From Oopsacas minuta (lineage: Eukaryota > Animalia > Porifera): DNA of 63,516 nucleotides. The stretch's first letter is position 1, and each line of letters opens with the position of its first letter. Where the stretch lies: positions 434,485-498,000 of the forward strand of contig JAKMXF010000288.1 of assembly GCA_024704765.1 (NCBI GenBank). Reading direction: 5' to 3'. The notes under the pieces were generated by a model that had not been told where the DNA came from, did not search any database, and saw only the letters and a program-made list of their open reading frames with translations. Below are positions 53,931 through 63,516 of this stretch, piece after piece. A program made the position numbers and the translations under genes.

Positions 53931-56900
53931 TCAGAATTGTTTATCCTCTATGGTGATTTAGTATTTATACTATGAGTACACTAGAAGCCTAGTAACCCTT
54001 ATGTTGAATTGGTATCTTATTTTCAATATGTTTCCTGTCCAACTTATACTACGCATAATTGCCCAGCTGGTCCAATATTTATTGCATATTGTCACACCTT
54101 TTTCGACGTATTTTGAAATGGTATTTTCTTTCATAAAAGTTCACATAAATTGTGTCCTGCGTGTTGATTAGTATGCTTCTAATGTCTTATCAGCTTAATG
54201 CATTCCTATTGTATATTGTGGTTGCTATGCTAATGGTAATTATTAGTATTAGGCGCCTGAATTTTAGAAGTTTTACATTTTGTGTGTCAACCCTTACAAT
54301 ATGATTAGACAAGAATTTCTCAAGATTAGCTGCTTTTTTGCTATTCGTTAGCGAACAAAATTTGACCGATAGATTGAGGTATTGTGTAGAATATATTATC
54401 ACCTTTCTCAGAGATTAGTTGAGATTTTGCTTAGCTATTCACGAATTATTTAGTTTACACCACTTCACACATATGTGCTACTTTTCAGATTTGTGACTCA
54501 AGCCGGTTACTCAAAAGATTATAGCAAAAATATTACACTAACGACATGTGCACTTGAAATGCCATCTAGCTTACCTTGTAACTACCTTAAATCCCCAACT
54601 TAGTCTGAGCCATTTTCAAAATTATATCACAGTTGGGTGTGCCATAATTGTGTCTTATCTGCCACCTGAAGATAGCAATAATAGTGTGGATTGCCATTGC
54701 ATAATGTTATCGTTTCCATCAATCAAATGTGTGTATTTTGCTTGAATGAATATTCAGCGATTTTCCTTCAATCTTATTGGTTATTAGAAATTGTTCCGAG
54801 TATAAATACTAATTTTTTTCAAATTCCTACTTTTTTTGGTTTTTTATTTCAATTTGTTTTGACTAATTTCCTTAATTAATACTTTAAGAATATTTCTATT
54901 ATAGTAATTAATGTAACCATGGCAACGCTAATTGGTGATAGTTATTTATTGGACCAACCCAGCTATATTGCATGTTCATGCTTTATAGATTATCTACTCT
55001 GATCATGAGTGATATAATTTCATTCTAACAACTGTAGCTTAATATTTTCTAATTTTATCTTAAGTGGTTTGAGCCACATTTGAGCCACAATTCTAAATAT
55101 TTAATCTAACATTTAAGCCTTCAATTGACTCTTAAAGTTATTTCCTTTTTAACAAATGAACTTTCATAACTAACAACAACATGGCAATGTATTCAAATGT
55201 GTCAAAAGTGGCTCTGATCATATGATAATAACTTCGTCTCTTAATTTTCATTGCAGAACTAATTAGCTAATCAATTTAGTTCTTTTAACACCCTGTCGTT
55301 AACCTTAAATTGCTAATTAAAGCTATCAACCAACCAAATCTCGTCCTTGTTCTATATAACATCAGAGTTCCTTCAAAAGCGACACATTGTGCCAGTCATT
55401 TGGGTGCCACAAACCATTTACCAACCACTTAACTTCCCTGGAAGCCATCCAGCCAATAGGAAGCTGTATAAAAATAGAAAATTGTTTGTATTTATTTTAA
55501 TTGAAATAATATGGATAATTAATTCCAATGGGTCGTTTTGTGCCATATTGGAATGGGCCGTTTTGTGCCATATTGGAATGGGTCGTGCTTCAGGCACTTG
55601 CAGTTTAGATACATATATTATCAATGTTATATATATCTGTTGCTATTGATTAAAATATGCCCGCTCAACCATTATGATATATTCTTGCAATTCATAAGGA
55701 ATTTAATCTCATTGAATACTCATAATTGGTAACATAGTTATTCGATCCACCTACCACTTATCGTCGACACATTTAAGCCACCTTGATAATATGGTTCTGT
55801 TTTATATGAATAAGTGCAGAGGTTTATACGTAATAGACTATCAATTAGAGAGCATTAGTTACTGAATTCTTACAAAGGAATTTATGCTGGCCCTGTAAGA
55901 GGCATGACGATCTTGCCCGTGTTGATGTGGGCAGGAATGTAGCATGCAGGTGTGAGATGGTGGATTCATAAATGTGTTATAATATATAGCCTAATTCTTC
56001 ACACCTAGCGGAGAAATGGTAACGAATGTGTCCGCTGATTTGATTATAAGCGAGTAGGTTGATATTATATATTAAAAATACAAGTAATGTTTCAGCCATA
56101 AACTCCGATACCAATTCTAAGACCTGTAGACCCCTGATCTCCTCCGTGGACCACCAAAGGTCTAAGGACCCCAGGTTGGGAACCGTTGAGGTACCTAGCA
56201 CAGCACACTGGGCAATTAGAGTACAGGAAATAAGAGAGGACCCACTTTAGTTTATACACATTTTAACACCTATAGGTGTATGTAAATTGGAACTATAGAT
56301 ATTTCAGTTAATGGGGTCAGGTCAATTGTCCCCATTAACTGGAACTACAGTTAACTCCTGTTATATCTAAGCTTAAGGGACAGTGATAACTACTTCCATA
56401 TAACCGATGTGACATATGTTACTTTGATGGCTTAGGACCATATTTGTGCAACTCACACCTCGATATACGCGTGGTAGATATAACGGGGAGTTGAATGTAT
56501 CACTTTCCAGACCAAGTAGCACTTTACAAGATGTTCTATGAGTCATAGTCTTTAATTCAATTATCACAGTTGTAACACCTCACACAAGGTGGAATACATA
56601 TACAGGTGACTAATGGTTACCGGGTGTGCAGTTTAATAATATAAATAATTCACACTATTTTAATATGAAACTGGATCTAATTATGATTAATAACATTATC
56701 CAAAATATGAAGGAAGGGTTACAGGATACAAATATAATAATATTAGCCCTCTATATTGTTAATTGAAATATGAAACTAAACTCTAATTAATGTTAATTCA
56801 GATTTGTTACACTTTATTATATTCCTTCTAAAGGGGGCAGAATTGTCCCGTTTTATGAGACTTACAATGGGTATCACTTACAGAGGAGTAAAGGACCGCG

Positions 56901-56934
56901 CTCCATTTATGCTTCAAGAGCGGAAGGTGAACCG

Positions 56935-57170
56935 GCGCTCCTATTTAATTGCTAATAATTTACAAATTTTATAGTTTCTCTGCATAGAATTCAGTATTTT
57001 AGCTATTAAAGTGTGTAATGTGACACTTTAGTATAATTCACGATTTGTTCGAATGCTTTGAAGTTACACTTTTAGTATAATTCACGATTTGTTCGAATGC
57101 TTTGAAGTTACACTTTTAGTATAATTCAATACTAATTAATACAAATATTATTTGAATCTGAAAGAATTAA
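56935..57170 (+). repeat. Dispersed repeat (homologous to ~37995-38180) with an internal ~44-bp tandem duplication
   Basis: TAGTATAATTCACGATTTGTTCGAATGCTTTGAAGTTACACTTT occurs twice here and once in the 38-kb copy. Confidence 0.75.
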
Positions 57171-57492
57171 TTGGAGCGCAGCTCCTTTTGAGGGCGGGAT
57201 CACGGAGCTAGAGCGCGCTCTGATCGGTTATTAGAACATACCGGAGTACCATCCTCCGGAAATCGGTTCTCATATATTCCTGTATATTTATACCGGTTCT
57301 AAGAACATAAATAGCTACTCCTAAGGGTGTTGTTATAACCTTATATCTGTACTAATAATAGCGACCCTCACGGGATATCTGGATTATCTTTCGGGCGGAT
57401 AATTATATCCATGCTCATGCCACTTTTTCCCAGTGGCTCCCTGGTGGCAGTTATTGACAGTTTTGATTGTTTTCTAGTTCTAAAATTAGTAA

Positions 57493-60400
57493 ATGAGTTT
57501 TGAGATCCCGCCAAAATATCGTGATGCTATTTTTAGAATTTCAAGAGTAAGTGAGATTCTATTTTCATTTCTGAGTGGTTCTATAACAATTGTCAGTTAC
57601 GGAACAGCCTTTTGGTATGTGGAGGTGACAAGTGGCACACATGTTGGATTGTGGCAGAAGTGTAGCGGAAACCCTTTAAAATGTGTCGGAATAAGTCTGG
57701 AATATAGTGGCACAAGTGGTGAGTTATTGATTACTTTTTGACACCTTTAGTTATTTAGTCAAGTTTATAAATTTTGTAATTATTCGACACTTACGAAAGT
57801 GGCACCACCCCTCATATTTTATGTTATTGCTTACAATAGAATTCGAGACGTCTGGTATTCTCATTATATATGCGTTCAGTTTTGTATAAAATGCAAAATT
57901 TCCCAAGAATTCTCATTCGCGATTTTCATAGCTTCGGTCTTTGCCTCGTTGTCATCTGGTGTCGACACATTTGTGCCCAGTGCTTTCCTTGTCCACTCCT
58001 CTGCGCCACTTTTGTCACCTCGCTTGAGACAACATTTCGCGAGGAAAACTTGGTTCCGAATCCAAAATCCAGGCTTTAAGTTCTCGGCTTGTAAGAACAT
58101 TTCCTCTGCTTGCTCTACTGTACCTAGGTGTTAATATTGTGTCGTAAGTGGCATATAATATTTACAAATATGTCACAAGTGTCACAAACCTGAGAATATG
58201 TTACCGTATAGAGTAGTAGCGGCCTTTTTCATGACCCATGATAGGTGTGAAAGTTCAAAGTACCAGTTACCCATCAGGTGATATAAAGTTGGCTCATTTG
58301 GCGCCAATTTTATAGCAATCTCCAGATGATTTTTGTATTCCGCGCCTAAACGTGCCTACATACATTTATTTAGCAACACAGATGGTTAATAACTATGTAG
58401 AATGATTGTTAGAAATATGTCATCCAATTAAAATAGGGTGGCCCTTGGGGACCATTTATCAACTTTTCATAATTGGCTATATTATATTATCTGAGAGGGA
58501 GGCGCGATTAAGGAACTAATCCCTACTCTAATTCATTTGTGCTGTGTACTCTGATGGATAGGGTCGCACAGGCATTATTTTGACCCAATGACCCTGGTAG
58601 CAAGTGGCACAGTAAAATGATTTTCTTGTAAATATCAATTTCATATACTTCTTTCTTTTGGTAAGAAAATCTGAAATTCCTAATTATAATTATTATCGCA
58701 TAGCAACCAAAATTCTAGAGAATATGTTATCTTTTATTCATGGAATTCATATTTGTGTGAAACAGCTGGTTGTGTGTCTAAATATGGTGGAGCATGACAA
58801 GAACATTTTATTTGCTTACAACTTAATCTGAGTTGTTAGTTCCTGGAAATAATACGCAAACATTGGTTCACGCACTTATAAATTGCGGTTCATAAACCAT
58901 GGATAATAGCCTACACGTATATACGATTTCATATTTTCACACTTTTATACGTTATAAAGGGCACATTAGTGTATAAGATTAAATTAACTCAAATATCCAT
59001 GGTTCAATAATGTAATAATTACCTTTTCTTGCGTGGATTCTGATTGACTGAGAGTGCCACAACATATAGCATACCATTTGTGAGAAATCCAGCTGTCGTT
59101 ATCCAATCGGATTGCAGCTTCTGAGTATGATATCCCTAGTTTAACTGTGTCGGTTATTTGTACCACGTTTATGCCACTTTCTTTCATATGCGCGACACTA
59201 TGGATATAACACCTTGCTAAACGCCATGCCACTTCAGCTGAGGTTAGGCTAGAGGTGTCAAGTGGTGGATTGTGTCGCGGACACAATTCCACCAATACCT
59301 TTATAACTTCACCACATGTATGACTGTTTGATTGACATTCCAAATCTTTATCATCAATTTCTAACAAAATTTCTTCTAAGCTATAAATAGATTTATTTCT
59401 TAATTAAATTACAACTGAGATTATATAATATGGACCATGGATAATTGATTTATTTCCTAGCAACAGAAATATTCCACCTATATGCTTATTGGGCGGCTAA
59501 CCATGGATGGTGGATTTATTTTACAGTCAACTCCCATTATATCTAACACGGATATATCGAAGTGTTAAATTATACAAATATGGTCCCAAACCGCCAAAGT
59601 GACATATATTCCATCGGTCATATCGAAGTAATTATCACGGTCCCTTGAGCTTAGATATAACAGGAGTTGATTGTGTATCCGAATCCTCCTCCAACAAAGA
59701 GAGGAGTCCTCAAATGGGCGCGCATGCTTTAGTTAGAATTTTAAGGTTGTCATTAGTTAGAATTTTCTGAATTGTAACAAGTTAGAATCGATTTTTAGTC
59801 GATTGGAATAAGTTAGAATCAAATTTTAGTCGATTGGAACAAGTTAGAATCGATTTTCCGACTGTGGTCACAAGTGTAAATAAACAAAAATCCATGGTCC
59901 GCCATTCTGCAGACTTTACTAATAATTAGTCCAACAAAAGTCCATCCAAACACAAAATTACCATGAAGTCCACATCCCCGCCCATAGGTAGCTTAATAAC
60001 GAATACAAATGAAAACTCCCAGATCCATAAGGTAGTGAATTAAATCCCTAATCCCCTCCCAATGGTACGGGTGTATAATTACTACAATAAAAAGTTTTCT
60101 CGGGCCTCGTTTTGCCATGCGATATCTCGGAAAAGTAGATTCTGATTTGTGACAACAGTCTGAATTCGATTCTAACTTGTTATAATAGACTCAAAATCGA
60201 TTCTAACTTGTTCCAATCGACTACAAATCGATTCTAACTTGTTCCAATCGACTACAAATCGATTCTAACTTGTTCCAATCGACTACAAATCGATTCTAAC
60301 TTGTTACAATTCAGAAAATTCTAACTAATGACAACCTTAAAATTTTAACTAAAGCAGCGCCCCCCTCAAATGAGCTAAATAACATCCATGGTTAAATAAA

Positions 60401-61691
60401 TAATGAACATATAAGTGGCTTTACAACCAATCAAATGCTACCTTTTCCGGTTGGGTTTGCTATTAGGCTCTTCATCAGAAAAATCGAAGAAGTTGTCACT
60501 TTCCCCATTTCTTGATTCATATGTGGATTGAAACTCTGAATCTCTATCACTCACTACTTGGTTCCTAGTCCTAACACGTCTCCGTACATGTTGTTCATGT
60601 GTTAGTTCCAGTTTCAATGTATCAATGTCTGCACTTATCTTTTCAACCTACACACAAGTAAATATAAAACTCAAATATTCTGACGGAAATTCCCTAATTC
60701 ATTTCATGGATACCAAATGTGTAATTGGAATTTAGTATAAGGCGCTAGATGAGGTGTGAAATAGTCCTGTTATATAGTTCATATATTGTGTGGTACCAAT
60801 TTGTCCTTCTGGAGAACGAATCCTAAAAACAGCTGATTAATTCTGATTAGCAAATACTCACACTCTGTTTTATTTGAGTTAGTTTCAGTTCCATTTCTCG
60901 TCTGTTTGCATTTCTAACTTTCCATATGACGTAACATAGTAACACAAAGTTAGCGCCACCAGCTGCCACCAGTGCCACTTGCGCCCACTTTTCCATTCTA
61001 ATAAATTTCCAAAATATTTGTATTATAATTATCGCTAATTTCTTTCAATTATGGTTTCATAAAAAATGTGTCCTTGTTGATTGTGTCACTATTTTATAGG
61101 CCACCTCAGGGCGACACAAGTGTTCCTCAGTCTAGCATTGATAGTTGCAATATTTGGTTCCATATTAAGTATTTTAAGCGCCATAACACACAAATGGCAG
61201 CTGTTAATAGTATCCAGCATCTCTTTAGCTATTCAATGTGAGTTATTATTTGTTTACTTAAAAAAGTAAACATCAACAATTGTTTACTTTATGTAGCTAT
61301 CTTACTCCTGATTGGTCTATCTGTATACTCAAATATATTAACAACTCTACAGCTGATCAGAGATGACACAATAACAGCTGGTTGGAGTTTCTACATAGCT
61401 TGGATAGGCCTATTTATAGCTTTTTTAGGCGCCTTATATTTCAGTGGTGTTACTATTTATAGATACAAGTATGTTACATAGTTACTAGGAAATGCTTTAG
61501 GAATGTATTCCTTATAGCCCAGAAGGAAGATTGCTTATTTATACAAATTGATTGCGTGTGCATTCCATAGGAACAGATGGTTGCCAGGGAGAGGTGCTCA
61601 AGACACTCAGCCATTTATCAGGCCGACACAATTTTTACATTTACAAGGTGCTAATGACGTATTAGACTCTGATGATGATGATACAGATTAA
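57493..61691 (+). CDS. Claudin/PMP22/EMP-family tetraspan protein (exons ~57493-57718, 61100-61247, 61298-61469, ~61571-61691)
   Basis: W...GLWQKC....KC signature after TM1, three further hydrophobic segments, AGWSFYIAW before TM4, acidic tail. Confidence 0.8.
57876..60996 (-). CDS. RMDN2/RMDN3(PTPIP51)-like protein: N-terminal TM, coiled coil, FFAT-like motif, TPR domain; nested in the claudin intron
   Basis: MEKWAQVALVAAGGANFVLLCYVIW anchor; ESDNFFDFSDEE; AWRLAR, SHKWYAIC, AIKLAPNE..LYHLMGNWYFEL, AENLKPGFWIRNQVFLAKC follow the RMDN TPR pattern. Confidence 0.85.
59717..60363. mobile_element. Mutator/Foldback-like non-autonomous element with a 9-bp TSD and subterminal 31-bp tandem repeats
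   Basis: CCTCAAATG is duplicated at 59708-59716 and 60364-60372. The inverted ends begin GG(C/G)GCGC. The unit TCGATTCTAACTTGTTCCAATCGACTACAAA is tandemly repeated in both arms. Confidence 0.85.
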
Positions 61692-62016
61692 CTTGTTGTT
61701 GGTTTTATTTACAATATTCATGACATTTCATATCAGAACATGTTTATATTTGTGATTAACTTCACACGTCTTTTTACACAGATTGAAGGTTTGGACCATG
61801 GATAAATAGTAAATAGGAACTGAATAGAATAAGATTGTAAATGGTCATGTTTATGCATTTATCATATGATTAATCATATTTTCACACCTTTTGGATAATA
61901 CAACTTACGCTAGAGATTTCTTTTCAACGGATAGAGAGGGGTAATTGAGAGATATTTGTTTGTGTTGTTTGCTTGTTTGTTTGTTTATTTGTTTGTTTGT
62001 TTGTTGTTAGTTTAGA

Positions 62017-63516
62017 ATGTTTAGATTCAGAACTTTATTGAAATTCCACAATTCGCTAGTTGCTATTAATAGTAACAAATCTACTAACCATATTCTTACA
62101 CGAAACAACCACCTAACTAACGAACAGTATCGTATCTATGGTAAGAGGTGAGGTGTTAAGATTAATCATATTATACACACACCAGTTATTGTGCTATTTA
62201 TAGATTGTGTCGGTATATGAGTGATACATCAGATGACCAATCAAAAGAGGATATAGTGGTGGTGGAATCTAAGCCACTAGTGGGAAGTGGTGAGTCACTT
62301 CAGCCAATTAAAATTCCTGATGTGTTTCCAGAGGTTTGTTTTCTTGTTTGTTTACTTGTTTGTTTGTTTGTTTGTTTGTTTGTTTGTTTGTTTGTTTGTA
62401 TAATTTTTCGTATTCGTTAGTTTGTTCACTTGTATATATACATGTTTATTTTAATATGGAACTAACAAATCTAGGTTCCAATTATAATCCTAGACAGAAA
62501 CCCAGTATTCCCTAAATTCATCAGAATGGTAGAAATCTCTGAGCCAAATCTTGTCAAGATCCTACGCGCCAAATTACGTATACGTCAGCCTTATGCTGGC
62601 GCATTCCTACGTAAAGACCCGTTGCCTAGCAACGAGAACACAGACCAATCTCCCCCCGAAGTATGCACAGATCTGGAGAGTGTCTACCCAGTAGGTGAGT
62701 AGTTATTCATACGGATAAGTTCATACGCTTAATGTTACTATTTTTAGGGACATTTGTACAAATATCAGATGTACATGACATGGGAGAAAGGATTAGAATG
62801 ATCCTCCTTGGACACAGGTATGTAACTATGGAATGTTTGAGCTTTTTATAGCTGCCACTTTGGGTGTCAGGTATTGATTTGTTGTTGTTGACAAACTTAT
62901 TGTAGACGTATAAAGATAACAGGAATCATAGATACATCTCAACAATCAAAATCTGAGGAAGAAGTGGCACAAAATGTGGCACAAGTGGCAGAGGACACAA
63001 AACCAATATTAATGGTGTCTGTTGAGAATTTGTTTACAAACACATTTAAATCAGATACAGAATCAAAAGCTCTATCTGCAGAGATTATTAAGACTATTCG
63101 AGATATTATGAGTCTGAATCAGCTGTATAAAGAATCACTTTCACACCTTTTGGATTCTGGGAAGAAAGATATTAACGCGCCATCTTCTCTCGCGGATTTC
63201 GCGGCTGCTCTCTCTAGCTCTGAACCACCTCTGGTACAACAGGTGAGAATTGAACCCTATTATTACTGTGCTGACTATACATTGTATAGTGGCATGAAGC
63301 AGGAGGCCAATCTGAAGGGCTTAAGTCCGAACTTGGATTTAATCATATTTTCACACCTTTTGGTGAATTTTTCATAATTATCCTGGAGACTATCTTCCAG
63401 GTGTCAGTATAGTCTAAACAAATTCAAACAATAAGCTGATTTAATTTATACATACTCAAAAACAAATAAACAAACAAACAAACAAACAAACAAACTAGTA
63501 ATATATTTGTAGGCCG
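62017..63516 (+). CDS. LONP1: Mitochondrial Lon protease, 5' part (truncated by the window end)
   Basis: Basic presequence MFRFRTLLKF...; IPDVFPEVPII..DRNPVFPKFIRMVE; QPYAGAFL; GTFVQI.....MGERIRMILLGHR; KALSAEIIKTIRDIMSLNQLYKES; LADFAAAL. Confidence 0.9.

Noticed and set aside
60170-60310. 31-bp direct repeats resembling a CRISPR array
   Set aside because: The units are head-to-tail with no unique spacers, are mirrored in the opposite arm of a TSD-flanked transposon, and the context is eukaryotic.

Overview
This is eukaryotic genomic DNA: AT-rich, with short GT-AG introns that often contain (TTTG)n/(AAAC)n tracts, and many small non-autonomous DNA transposons. The gene content and compact layout suggest an early-branching animal, possibly a sponge (inference, not verified). 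Genes in order: HYPK (+), a VAMP/synaptobrevin R-SNARE (+), ODF3-like (+), and one gene encoding four tandem NADAR/YbiA domains (+). Next come a ~2.9-kb near-perfect palindrome carrying two identical convergent TPR-like ORFs, CEP112-like (+) and a MEK1/2-like MAP2K (+). A ~15.5-kb tandem array of seven caspase loci follows on the minus strand: active-type copies, a Cys->Trp dead copy, a truncated copy and a pseudogene. Then come TBC1D13 (-) flanked by two CRIB-only microproteins, a secreted astacin with a Cys-rich three-repeat tail (-), a claudin/PMP22-like gene (+) with an RMDN2/3-like gene nested antisense in its first intron, and the 5' part of LONP1 (+). I found no rRNA, tRNA or CRISPR array. 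The strongest leads are the 4xNADAR protein, the caspase array with interchangeable phase-1 first exons and a decoy, the palindromic gene pair, the CRIB microproteins, a plant-type activation loop in the MEK, and a strongly over-represented TTTCACACCT motif. All exon structures were inferred by hand.
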